Shown here: positions 1 through 8,990 of the stretch, in pieces | Layout: each line of letters opens with the position of its first letter | How positions within the stretch are numbered: the first letter of the stretch is position 1 | Sequence record: NC_100371.1 | DNA length: 64,000 bases | Origin: a phage | Reading direction: 5' to 3' (one strand) | Notes under the pieces: generated by a model | Told to the model about the DNA's origin: nothing | What the model saw: only the letters and a program-made list of their open reading frames with translations | Database searches by the model: none | Translations under genes and position numbers: made by a program

Positions 1-68
1 AGGAGGAGTTCTCTATCTCAAAGCCAATCTTGTTGACTGTTGTGGCAACTATTTTGTTTGTAGCCATG
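1..68 (-). CDS. 5' end of a gene running off the window edge (possibly tail tape measure protein, partial)
   Basis: ATG at 68 on minus strand preceded by GAGGAAAGC RBS; frame open to position 1 (MATNKIVATTVNKIGFEIENSS...); lies downstream of tail chaperone ORFs. Confidence 0.35.
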
Positions 69-121
69 CTTTCCTCATAATAAAAAGGGCCAGATCCCAG
101 AAAAGGAATCCGGCCCTTAGA

Positions 122-370
122 TTATCCTCTCCTGCGCTTAGCTTTCGCAGCAGCTGCGGCAGCCTTCTGCTCCCGCTCCATTTCCCTGTTTTGGACGGTA
201 TCTAGGAATTCTTCGATATCAAGATACTCACAGAGCTTCAGGAAATACGCCATATCTGCAAGATTTAGCGATTCAAAATTTTCCCCTTTGAAATTCTTGA
301 GCACCCTGCACCAAAGAAAGTCGAACCAGTTAAGTGAACTGTTCTTGGCTGCCCACTCACTGGCCCTCAC
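122..370 (-). CDS. hypothetical protein; possibly the -1 frame extension of the upstream tail chaperone
   Basis: 82-aa ORF in the -1 frame relative to ORF 382-855, its frame stays open upstream across that ORF's stop; Ala/Lys/Arg-rich C-terminus. Confidence 0.35.
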   Translation of the reverse strand: MRASEWAAKNSSLNWFDFLWCRVLKNFKGENFESLNLADMAYFLKLCEYLDIEEFLDTVQNREMEREQKAAAAAAKAKRRRG

Positions 371-381
371 AACAACCTTGC

Positions 382-855
382 TTATTCCTGCTCTTCCGGA
401 GTCTGATCCAGATTGTTCACCTGCTGGATCATACCCATCTGCTGTAACATCTCCAGAAGGCTTCCTAAACCGTCTTGTGTGAAAAAACAGCCGTAGTTAA
501 CCTCCAGAACCTTACCTGCCAGCTTAATCATCTCCAGCAGATGCCCTGCAAACACAACATCAGGGTTAAGCTTATCCACACCATCCACGGTAATATCTTC
601 GAACAAGATTTTAAATAACTCTTCAATAGAGTTATCATCAAGTTCTTGGAACAGGTAAGCCAGGGCTGTAGGAAGGACCTCTGCCATATTCTGACCGCCT
701 GAGAGAATAGATCCACCGATAGCACCTAGTGGGACAGCCACAATCTTACCGATTTTAGGCATGTTTTTCATTGCTTTCATCGGTCCCCAGTGAGTGATCA
801 CAAAGTTGTGCCCTGCTAAATCAATCTCTGTTGTAGGTCTAAAGTTTATAGCCAT
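382..855 (-). CDS. putative tail assembly chaperone
   Basis: 157-aa acidic protein immediately downstream of tail tube gene, own RBS (AAGGA) and promoter; assignment by gene order only. Confidence 0.4.
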   Translation of the reverse strand: MAINFRPTTEIDLAGHNFVITHWGPMKAMKNMPKIGKIVAVPLGAIGGSILSGGQNMAEVLPTALAYLFQELDDNSIEELFKILFEDITVDGVDKLNPDVVFAGHLLEMIKLAGKVLEVNYGCFFTQDGLGSLLEMLQQMGMIQQVNNLDQTPEEQE

Positions 856-898
856 TTTATAGCATCCTTATTAGTCATGTTGTGCACCATATTTGTGT

Positions 899-927
899 AT
901 TTTACCATGATTATAATGCATTGTCAA
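899..927 (-). promoter_or_regulatory. sigma70-like promoter (TTGACA-N17-TAAAAT) upstream of tail chaperone gene
   Basis: minus-strand TTGACA at 927-922 and TAAAAT at 904-899 with 17-nt spacer. Confidence 0.5.
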
Positions 928-971
928 TTTAACCTTTCAAGCAATCCAAAAATGGTGTGTCAAAACCATAA

Positions 972-1001
972 AAGCAAAAAGCCCCACCCGAAGGTGAGGC
1001 T
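972..1001 (-). terminator. Rho-independent terminator after tail tube gene
   Basis: minus-strand hairpin GCCTCACC-ttcg-GGTGGGGC followed by TTTTTGCTTTT. Confidence 0.6.
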
Positions 1002-1018
1002 TATACTAAAGTGTGCCC

Positions 1019-1492
1019 TTAGATAATGCCTGCAAGACCTGCGAGGCCAGTGAGAGCACCAGTGATGTTGTCACGGTTGAGCCATGCATCCAGAATACCG
1101 ATATCCCAGTCCAGCTGACCTACTTCGGTTCCGTAAGTGAGGTCAGGCTGTTTTTGGATCCAACCGATTGTAGCAATACCAGGACCCTGGCTACCTTCCA
1201 GCAGAACCGGGAAGAATACCAGACCAGTAATAGATGCCTGTTTCTGCCAGTCAGAAAGGTAAGCGTTCCATACAGAAGTGTTCTGCAAAGACACAGTCAT
1301 AACACCGGATTGGTTACGAGACAGGGCCGCAGACATTTCGCCATCCACACCAACATGAGGGTAGATGTTGTCTTCGTTTCTTGAAACAACGATCTTGGTG
1401 TCAGCAGCGAAGCCAGTGACACGCTGCTGCATCAGGTACAGTTTGACCTTTTTAGGGTCATAAGCATAAGGAGTTAAAATTTGAGTTTCCAT
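1019..1492 (-). CDS. tail tube protein
   Basis: 157-aa ORF directly downstream of the sheath gene in the sheath-tube order typical of contractile tails. Confidence 0.55.
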   Translation of the reverse strand: METQILTPYAYDPKKVKLYLMQQRVTGFAADTKIVVSRNEDNIYPHVGVDGEMSAALSRNQSGVMTVSLQNTSVWNAYLSDWQKQASITGLVFFPVLLEGSQGPGIATIGWIQKQPDLTYGTEVGQLDWDIGILDAWLNRDNITGALTGLAGLAGII

Positions 1493-1502
1493 CTAGTCTT
1501 CC

Positions 1503-2879
1503 TTATTCAGTCATTGCAACAGCATTGGTGGATTTAGAACCAACTTTGTCCAGAAGGACGTTGATCCGGATACGAACGAAGTGCAGGGCGTTGTTATACA
1601 CCAGTTCTACTTTCACACCTTCCAGAACACGAGCAGCCAACTGATTGGTTGGGATCTCTGCACGTTTAGGAACTGTGATAATCGGGTCGTAGAACACATT
1701 GTTGTCTTCGTCAAAACCTGTCAGGATCGCGCCATTCTTAATGCCAGTATTGATCGGGTTGTTCATCAGAACAGACTTGATAACCGGAAGATCATCATCA
1801 GACATCTTCATGCTTAAACCCATATTGGAGCGGCGATGCATGTACCCAAACATGGATTCTTCAGATCTGAACTTGATCCAGTGTGCAAAACGAATAGCGT
1901 CTGCATACTGACCTGAAGCACACTTACCTTCCCAGAAAGCGCCAACACCGTTAATCATTCTGTAGAAGTTAACGTGGTTTTCCCAAATCGCCATACGCTG
2001 AGTTAAAGTCAGAGATGGTGCAATCACACCCGGCATCTGTTTTAAGTGCAAGCTGTCACCGTAGGACGGATCGTTGGATGCCATAGCACCTATGATACCA
2101 CCCTCCGGGAAGTCCTTATCTGCACGAGGATCGTACATGCCAACACTGTCATATTGTGCAGCTTTCAGTTTGGTAGCGATGTTGCTATCTTTGCCAGTCA
2201 CATCTTCTGCAGTAGAGTAGACGTGCAGCTTGTAGTTGGCCTGAGCCCACTTAGCACATGCTTCAATGTCGGTGTGGTCTTCATGGCACAGGAAGTACCA
2301 ATTGTCCCGCTCAGCATTGATCTTATCAACTACTGTAGAAGGTTTTTCAGAATTGGCGATATTCTTGATTGTATAGTTACCAGTATGATAACCAACAGTG
2401 CAGTTACCAGTGATGGTGATAACACCTTCTTCAGCCTCTACAGTGATACCGTCCAAATTATCATCTGCTTCGATTTTAGTCTTCATTGACTCTGCAATCT
2501 GAGTTGCACCTGTTCCACCAGAGATAGGCACTATCAGAGAGGTATTGTAGCCACCTTTTGCAATAGTCATTACGACATCGGTATCGGCTGCGGCAGCAAT
2601 ACCTTTAAAGTCTACAGTGGTTTTTTCTTTGGCCTGTCTGCCGATCATAACATATTGTGGAGGGAATACACCACCAAAAGCTTTTGCTGCAAACTCATAC
2701 GCTGCAGAGCCTTGTGCGAAACCATCTTCCACCATCTGATCCAGCTCCGCATATACGCGAGCTCGCTCAGTAAAGTTGTTGTGGATAGCGATGAACAGGG
2801 GAGTTTCGAAACCTACAGTGTCAATAGGTTGGGTTCCGAGGTTAACTGTAACATCTACCACTTTATCTAAATATGGCAT
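1503..2879 (-). CDS. tail sheath protein
   Basis: 458-aa ORF of sheath-like size and composition, followed by the tube gene, strong RBS. Confidence 0.7.
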   Translation of the reverse strand: MPYLDKVVDVTVNLGTQPIDTVGFETPLFIAIHNNFTERARVYAELDQMVEDGFAQGSAAYEFAAKAFGGVFPPQYVMIGRQAKEKTTVDFKGIAAAADTDVVMTIAKGGYNTSLIVPISGGTGATQIAESMKTKIEADDNLDGITVEAEEGVITITGNCTVGYHTGNYTIKNIANSEKPSTVVDKINAERDNWYFLCHEDHTDIEACAKWAQANYKLHVYSTAEDVTGKDSNIATKLKAAQYDSVGMYDPRADKDFPEGGIIGAMASNDPSYGDSLHLKQMPGVIAPSLTLTQRMAIWENHVNFYRMINGVGAFWEGKCASGQYADAIRFAHWIKFRSEESMFGYMHRRSNMGLSMKMSDDDLPVIKSVLMNNPINTGIKNGAILTGFDEDNNVFYDPIITVPKRAEIPTNQLAARVLEGVKVELVYNNALHFVRIRINVLLDKVGSKSTNAVAMTE

Positions 2880-2951
2880 TTGTTTCCTCTTAATATCTGT
2901 GCACGGATATCAAACACGCAGTGTAATCATTACACTACACAATTATAACGA

Positions 2952-3503
2952 TTACTGACCACTGTCTGTAACCGCTTTACCAGAATTGGGTGAAGGGAAG
3001 TGTGTGGTTATTTCAGCCTTAATTCCCTGAAGATCCTCAAAAGCCCCAATGTCTGTCTCAACAAACCTTACGTTAAATGTCAGCATTACGGTGGCTCTAT
3101 TTTCATACGTCTGCTTATTCAACGGCACCCTTTGAGGTGAAATTGTTGAATTGTTAGAGTAGGCAAAGCACGATCCCAGAGGGAAATACTTGTCATAAAA
3201 CATTGGAAGGTTTATTGCTTGCAATACTCTGCTAAGTGCAGCATATGCCCTGCCGCGATAAGCTGTTAACAGATAAGAAACAGTGTAACTGTGGGTGACG
3301 TAAGCATTACCCTCCGCATCTTGAAACTCATTATCTTCCCAAGTGGTGGGATTGATCGCCAGGGTTTGCAAAAGTACAAACTCACCTTCCGGCTTCGGTA
3401 TGGTAGAGCTTTCTGCCAGAACTACAGTTCTTCCTGTGGCAACCTTGACAAGCTTAGCGATGGTTGTTTCAAGATCAGAAAAAACTTTTTCGAAAGCTTC
3501 CAT
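2952..3503 (-). CDS. hypothetical virion protein (tail completion / sheath terminator region)
   Basis: 183-aa ORF between neck genes and sheath; function by position only. Confidence 0.4.
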   Translation of the reverse strand: MEAFEKVFSDLETTIAKLVKVATGRTVVLAESSTIPKPEGEFVLLQTLAINPTTWEDNEFQDAEGNAYVTHSYTVSYLLTAYRGRAYAALSRVLQAINLPMFYDKYFPLGSCFAYSNNSTISPQRVPLNKQTYENRATVMLTFNVRFVETDIGAFEDLQGIKAEITTHFPSPNSGKAVTDSGQ

Positions 3504-3928
3504 CAGTTTTCTCCTTCAGGCTCTTCTACCACAAAAAATCTATATCTTCCACCACCAGACGTGACATAAGCATCACATTTTAAAACGGTAAACCACTTCA
3601 GGTCACCACGGATGTCAGGCAGTTGAATTTGATCAGCCATTGCATATGTTCCTTCGTCTGGACTATACAACCTGGTTGAGGAGTAAACTGTAAAAGCCTC
3701 GTACTGTCTGTCACCCTCAGGATTTATTTGAGAGGAGTAATCTTTAGCTGCCCTTCCTGTCAACGGCTGCACAACACATTCTAAGACATCAAACTCTTCA
3801 TACTCAAGTTCTAACCCCTCGTTAGCAAAAGGACCACCAACTGTTTTGTTATACACTCTGTGGCGACCTTTGAATGTTTTGCGAGGTATTAGCCTGTTCT
3901 TTCCTATCAGCTTATAACCTGCTGCCAC
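3503..3928 (-). CDS. hypothetical virion protein (neck/tail connector region)
   Basis: 141-aa ORF, start overlaps upstream stop in structural operon. Confidence 0.4.
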   Translation of the reverse strand: MAAGYKLIGKNRLIPRKTFKGRHRVYNKTVGGPFANEGLELEYEEFDVLECVVQPLTGRAAKDYSSQINPEGDRQYEAFTVYSSTRLYSPDEGTYAMADQIQLPDIRGDLKWFTVLKCDAYVTSGGGRYRFFVVEEPEGEN

Positions 3929-3943
3929 TCAACCCCCTTATTT

Positions 3944-4414
3944 TTACTGTCCAATTTTAAAGGTTGCAGATTCAAGCAGCACATCGTAATGCCGCATAGC
4001 CTCGTTGAAGCCCTTCTCTTGTGCCCACTGCTCACTAACAGTGGGGTTACTAAACTGACCAGCCTCAATAACAAACTGGATAGCTTTGGCCCCTGTATCC
4101 CCCATCTGCCTAAGAACAGCCTCTGCACTTGATCCTCTAGCCATAGCTCTCAACAATTTTTCTGTTAAGGTCTGCAGTTGCGTGCTGTGAAATGCAAAGG
4201 CCGTCTCCATGAAATTGCGAACAGGCAGCCCGTTCCAACCGAAGTTGTGAATAGCTGCCAATGTTGCCATATTTAAGCCTGACGGGTGAGGTTCATCATA
4301 AAAGCCGTAGGTTATTGTTTTGCTTTCAAGTTTCACAAGGTCTTTATAAAAGCGATCTAAACGCTTTAGGTTGAACCTTGTTTGACATTTAACCTTTAGC
4401 ATTATATTCCTCAC
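3944..4414 (-). CDS. hypothetical virion protein (head-tail joining region)
   Basis: 156-aa ORF in structural operon. Confidence 0.4.
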   Translation of the reverse strand: MRNIMLKVKCQTRFNLKRLDRFYKDLVKLESKTITYGFYDEPHPSGLNMATLAAIHNFGWNGLPVRNFMETAFAFHSTQLQTLTEKLLRAMARGSSAEAVLRQMGDTGAKAIQFVIEAGQFSNPTVSEQWAQEKGFNEAMRHYDVLLESATFKIGQ

Positions 4415-4455
4415 TAATGTATTTTACCACAAAGATACATCAAAAGCAACAATTT

Positions 4456-5133
4456 TTAAAAACTGCGTTTGCGTCTTGGGTGGCGAGGAGGTTGATTATT
4501 TAGACCACTGATAGGTGTAATCCCTTGAACATCGAACGGGCCGTTACTGTTTTCATTAAATTTAACCCGAATTCCCTCGTCTACACGAACACCGCCGATG
4601 ATAATCATTCTGCTATAAGCATCTAGCTCAGAGTCTACATAATCTGGGTGTGCCAGCAGCCAATCAAGAAAATCTTTCCACTGGGCGTAGGAAGATCCAC
4701 CACGAATCTCTATGGTCTCATCACCTATTTTTTCCAGACGAGAAGTTATACTTGCATTACCACTAGAAACTTCCTGCATCATCAGCCACCGCACAAGCTG
4801 CACAAGCACATTGTACTTAAGCAGGGGTAGCTTATCGGGGTCTGCCGGATAGTTTAGTTTCAGCTTCTCCATGTCAAGGAATGTTTTAATTACCTCATCA
4901 GGGAGTGTTTCCTCATCAACATTGCCAAGCAATAACCTCATAATATCGATAAGAGGTTGGTCTGGATCAGGTTCCGGAGGCACAGGATCTTCTTTTGGTG
5001 GTTCTTCTGGGGTATCGACTACACCATCATGGTTAGGCGGTGACGGGATAATCTCTTCATCTTCATACCATGCCATTTGAAAATACCTCGTAAAAATAAA
5101 GCCCCATTCCTGATTTGGAAGGGGCCTTAACAA
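4456..5133 (-). CDS. hypothetical virion protein
   Basis: 225-aa ORF, acidic Pro-rich N-terminus, in structural operon. Confidence 0.4.
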   Translation of the reverse strand: MLRPLPNQEWGFIFTRYFQMAWYEDEEIIPSPPNHDGVVDTPEEPPKEDPVPPEPDPDQPLIDIMRLLLGNVDEETLPDEVIKTFLDMEKLKLNYPADPDKLPLLKYNVLVQLVRWLMMQEVSSGNASITSRLEKIGDETIEIRGGSSYAQWKDFLDWLLAHPDYVDSELDAYSRMIIIGGVRVDEGIRVKFNENSNGPFDVQGITPISGLNNQPPRHPRRKRSF

Positions 5134-5135
5134 AA

Positions 5136-5990
5136 TTATGCCAGTGCAGCCTCAAAATCTTTCATCATATTTTGGAAAGTTTTTGCCTTACTTAAGGTAA
5201 CACCGTGCTCTTTAGCGAAGGTTTGGAGTGCATCTTTCGAACCACTCTTGTCATCTTCGTTGTTAAGAGCTGCGGCTTGCTGCAGTATGGCATCAACATC
5301 GCCGTGAGAAGATCTTGATTCTTGTGCCTGTTCAGGATCCTGCTCAGTACCTTCCGTACCCTCCGGTGCGGTCGGACCCGGTGATTCCTCACTGCCACCA
5401 CCAGGTTCAGTAGGGCCTACAGGTGGCTCCGGCTCTGGTTCAGGTTCTGGGGCTACTGTAGAAGTCAGACCAAGATTTACAACCTGAGAACGTTTCTTAG
5501 GCCACTCAATGGTGAAAGTCTGGGTATCTTCTGCATAAGCAACATCGCATTGCTCATCGTTTATGGTCACTTTTTTGGGCATCCCTTCAGGGTCCCACAG
5601 ATGACCTTCTGCCACTGAAACTTTGAAAGCGGCATCTACCTCTTTAAACACTGACGGGGTGAGTGTGATATTGACATCACCGCTTTGCAGTGTTAAAGTG
5701 CTTTCATCAAGGTTCTCTGTGAAGAACAGAAGAATAACACCCATACGGATAGTTGAGATACCAGTATCAATTGGCAGGCCTGTGTGTTTTGCAATCTTCT
5801 CGAAGAAGTCTACAATCGTTCTGCACGGATAGTGAACACTGCCAATAACGAATTCTGTTGGTGGCAGCAGGGCTGATAAACCAACATTGATTTCTGGATT
5901 GTATTGTGCTAAAAATTGATAAAAACTTAACTGATTGTTGAAAACTCTTAATAGAGGATCATACTCGACTGGATATACGGCTCTCTTCAC
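5136..5990 (-). CDS. hypothetical structural protein with low-complexity PEPEPEPEP/PGPT linker
   Basis: 284-aa ORF downstream of capsid gene; Pro/Glu-rich linker between two domains. Confidence 0.45.
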   Translation of the reverse strand: MKRAVYPVEYDPLLRVFNNQLSFYQFLAQYNPEINVGLSALLPPTEFVIGSVHYPCRTIVDFFEKIAKHTGLPIDTGISTIRMGVILLFFTENLDESTLTLQSGDVNITLTPSVFKEVDAAFKVSVAEGHLWDPEGMPKKVTINDEQCDVAYAEDTQTFTIEWPKKRSQVVNLGLTSTVAPEPEPEPEPPVGPTEPGGGSEESPGPTAPEGTEGTEQDPEQAQESRSSHGDVDAILQQAAALNNEDDKSGSKDALQTFAKEHGVTLSKAKTFQNMMKDFEAALA

Positions 5991-6014
5991 GGGACACTCC
6001 TGTTAAACCCTAAT

Positions 6015-6047
6015 AAGTAAAAAGGGGAGGGGAGAACCCCCTCCCCA
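6015..6047 (-). terminator. Rho-independent terminator after major capsid gene
   Basis: minus-strand hairpin GGGGAGGGGG-ttct-CCCCTCCCC followed by TTTTTACTT. Confidence 0.65.
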
Positions 6048-6070
6048 TATGGGATGAATCACATTAGTGA

Positions 6071-7093
6071 TTATTCACTTTTCAGAGTTACTTTAACAAC
6101 CAGCTCTGGGCGGGTGTTAACTGCCAGCATGGAAGTTTCAGATTCGATTTTCTGTTCTCTCAGGTAGGCAGAGTGTTTATACCACATATACAGCTCTTGA
6201 GCTGGGGTATTTGCATCTTCCAGAGTGTCAGCCGGAGCAAAGTGCAGCTGGAACATCTGATCGATACCCATAGGCATCAGACGAGCCTCACCGTCCGGAA
6301 TGTTGCCAGAGATGTCTTCGATGAAGGTCATACCCTTGTGTTCAAACACACGGTAAATGCTCTGTTCACCACCTGCACCCAGACGACGACGCAGCGGTTC
6401 CTGAGAAGAGCTGTAGTAGGTGTAAGCCAGCTCTACCAGCGGGTGATGAACCAGTGCTGAGAAGAATTTCGGAGAGCACAGCGCGATGATGTTGTAAGCA
6501 CCAGCGTTGTCACCAGCCTGCAGAGCAATGTGCAGACGTGCATCTTCGATTACTTCCATCGGGTCCTGTGCTGCATTTTTAGGATCGATTTCGATAGATT
6601 TCTGGGAAACGCCCCACAGTTTGTAATAGTCATACTGACAGGTGGTGTCGCCAGGGGCATATGATTTACCCAGAACTGCAGCAAACAGTGCTTTTTCACG
6701 CAGAGTTTCGTGGGTCAGACGGATACGACGAACCACACGGGTAACTACGTCCTGAACAGTTTTCGGTGCATCAGGGGTGAAGTAGCGACGGAAGTTCTGA
6801 ACATCCGCAGCGGTGATGCCTTTATCCAGCGGGAAGAACGGGATGTTCAGGTTTTTGATCTGAGCACGTTCGCTACCAACGTAGTTACGTTCACCACCAC
6901 GGCGACGTGCAGCAATATCACCAACCACTTCATCTACACGTTCAATCTGTGCGATTGTTGAGGTGCCTAGATGAGTTTCAAACAGATCCATACCAGTGAT
7001 CAGTCGGAATTGGCGCGGAACCAGTTCAAGAGTAGCACCTAAATCAACAATACCAAAATCATCTTTACGGGTGTTAGCCATTATTTTCTCCAA
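6071..7093 (-). CDS. major capsid protein (lambda gpE-like)
   Basis: 340-aa ORF following a gpD-like decoration gene and scaffold, strong terminator downstream; size and composition typical of E-family capsid proteins. Confidence 0.75.
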   Translation of the reverse strand: MEKIMANTRKDDFGIVDLGATLELVPRQFRLITGMDLFETHLGTSTIAQIERVDEVVGDIAARRRGGERNYVGSERAQIKNLNIPFFPLDKGITAADVQNFRRYFTPDAPKTVQDVVTRVVRRIRLTHETLREKALFAAVLGKSYAPGDTTCQYDYYKLWGVSQKSIEIDPKNAAQDPMEVIEDARLHIALQAGDNAGAYNIIALCSPKFFSALVHHPLVELAYTYYSSSQEPLRRRLGAGGEQSIYRVFEHKGMTFIEDISGNIPDGEARLMPMGIDQMFQLHFAPADTLEDANTPAQELYMWYKHSAYLREQKIESETSMLAVNTRPELVVKVTLKSE

Positions 7094-7127
7094 ATAACTT
7101 TAAAATTTATTTCCCAAAGATCTAGGA

Positions 7128-7502
7128 TTATTCCTGAACTTTGTTGCCTTTGGCTTCAAGCTCTGCCAGAACTGCTTCAGCTGCCGCTGTGCCGCCAGCA
7201 ACTTTCAAATGAGCTTTAGCGAAGGTTACACCGCGAACAGCAACAACCAGCTTGTACTTCTCGCCAACTTTCAGCGGTTCTGCAAGATTTACACGACCAG
7301 CAGAGTCGGGCAGAAGCGCACGGTCAACCAGCACACCAAAGGTGTCTGAACCATCTTGATTAGCCAGAGTACCGGTTTTGGTAACTACTGCGCCAGCAAC
7401 GTGATCAGCAGTGAGAGTGATTTCAATTTCTTTAAAGTTGAAACCTGCATCGCTAGAATCAACTTTGCCGAGCACGATATCAGAATATTGAGTGGTGATC
7501 AT
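7128..7502 (-). CDS. head decoration protein (lambda gpD-like)
   Basis: 124-aa Gly/Ala/Val-rich ORF immediately upstream of capsid gene. Confidence 0.6.
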   Translation of the reverse strand: MITTQYSDIVLGKVDSSDAGFNFKEIEITLTADHVAGAVVTKTGTLANQDGSDTFGVLVDRALLPDSAGRVNLAEPLKVGEKYKLVVAVRGVTFAKAHLKVAGGTAAAEAVLAELEAKGNKVQE

Positions 7503-7523
7503 TATTTTCCCCTATTAAACAAA

Positions 7524-8504
7524 TTATTTATTGGATTCTTTACGTGCGCGAGCCAGAGCTTTAGCGACGTTTTCAGCAATAATGTCTTCAGCAGATTTAG
7601 CAATGTCGTCCACCACGACATCACCATCTTTACCTTGCTCTGTGGTTGCGAACTCTTCTTTAGCTTTTTCAACTTTAGCTTCCAGTTCAGCAATACGAGC
7701 TTGAGCTTTTTCCAGCAATTCAACAACAGGGGCGTTAGCTTTATCCAGCATGAATTCGACCAGAGATGCGTGGTCTTCTTCAGTGGTGAAGCTTAACGCC
7801 TGAGCTTTTTCCAGCATTTTAGCTTTTTCAACTTCTACCTGAGCCTTGATGATTTCTTCAGCTTTTTCATTGGTAGCTTTCAGTTCTTCGAACTGTTTCA
7901 GCAGGTCCAGGTACTCTTGAGACTTGGTTACGTCTTCCACCGGATTCTCCTCGGTATTTGCGGATTTATCAACATTGTCCACAGCGTCTGTAACAACTTC
8001 TTCTGTGGTTTCCTGTGCCGCTTTAATAAGTTTCCCTTCTTCATCGAAGAGATCAGCGGTCATCTGCTCAAAAACTTGTTGGGTTTTCAGCAGAGTGTAT
8101 TGGTCAACAATACTTAAATCTTTACCTTCTTTAGCAGCTTTGTGAATGGTTACGTTATCACAACGTTCTTCTAACCACTGCACACAAGCCTCTGCATCAG
8201 CCTGTGCCCACTCCCAATCTGGGTGTTCTTTTGCCCAAGCTTCTTCCTCAATCTCGAACCCAAGCAGGTGAGCCAGTGCCTTAGCATCGTCATACCACAT
8301 ATCGAAAAAACGACGCAGGTATTCTTCAAAGCTAAGTTCAACAGTAACTTGGCGAAGAGCCTTAACGATATCCTCTGTTAACTGCTCAGGCTTAAGATCG
8401 CTCTTCATTAAAAGAGATACAGGTCTGTTGTTAGCGCTATAACCTTGCGCCTTATGGCACAGGGCAATCCCCTTCTCTTTAATAGTGATTGTTTTTTCAG
8501 ACAT
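7524..8504 (-). CDS. head scaffolding protein
   Basis: 326-aa highly charged Glu/Lys/Ala-rich ORF with long predicted coiled coils between portal and decoration genes. Confidence 0.55.
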   Translation of the reverse strand: MSEKTITIKEKGIALCHKAQGYSANNRPVSLLMKSDLKPEQLTEDIVKALRQVTVELSFEEYLRRFFDMWYDDAKALAHLLGFEIEEEAWAKEHPDWEWAQADAEACVQWLEERCDNVTIHKAAKEGKDLSIVDQYTLLKTQQVFEQMTADLFDEEGKLIKAAQETTEEVVTDAVDNVDKSANTEENPVEDVTKSQEYLDLLKQFEELKATNEKAEEIIKAQVEVEKAKMLEKAQALSFTTEEDHASLVEFMLDKANAPVVELLEKAQARIAELEAKVEKAKEEFATTEQGKDGDVVVDDIAKSAEDIIAENVAKALARARKESNK

Positions 8505-8935
8505 TATTCATTGCCCTCTTCTACAACACTGATCCCGAAATTTACGTTGGTAATTTCGCCCGTCTCTTCATCAACATTGCCTGTTGCCTGAATGCTTAGG
8601 CCACCAACAATGCCAGCCTTCTTAGCTTCCCATAATTCAGGATTATTGTATTTAACTTTAGCAACCCAAGAGCCAGCCTTGATGACCTGCTCAGTACCAA
8701 TTACTACAACATCAAACTCTTCTTGAATCCACGTCTTTTCAATAGTGAAAGCATCTGTAGAGGTCAAGTGGAAAAGGTTTTCAGAAACTAGGCCTGCGGC
8801 GTATGCTGCGTCCCAATTATCTTTAGCCTTTTTGATGGTGTCTTTACTCATCCACTCACCGTGAGCGTCTTTAGTGTCCGGTTCGTAGATGATTTCGTAG
8901 GAAATCATTTCTTCCTGTGGCATCTTATTCCCCAT
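8504..8935 (-). CDS. head morphogenesis protein (function uncertain)
   Basis: ORF 8504-9076 overlaps the portal gene; internal ATG at 8935 (MGNKMPQEEM...) is the likely start. Confidence 0.4.
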   Translation of the reverse strand: MGNKMPQEEMISYEIIYEPDTKDAHGEWMSKDTIKKAKDNWDAAYAAGLVSENLFHLTSTDAFTIEKTWIQEEFDVVVIGTEQVIKAGSWVAKVKYNNPELWEAKKAGIVGGLSIQATGNVDEETGEITNVNFGISVVEEGNE

Positions 8936-8990
8936 GTGGATTATTTTATCACGCCAAAGGAGGTTTTGCAACCCCCTGTGTTGATAATTT

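Noticed and set aside
1013-2870. Plus-strand ORFs (1013-1384, 1581-1817, 1699-1911, 2046-2489, 2655-2870) opposite the tail tube and sheath genes
   Set aside because: Shadow ORFs on the antisense strand of long, well-supported minus-strand genes; no RBS and odd composition.
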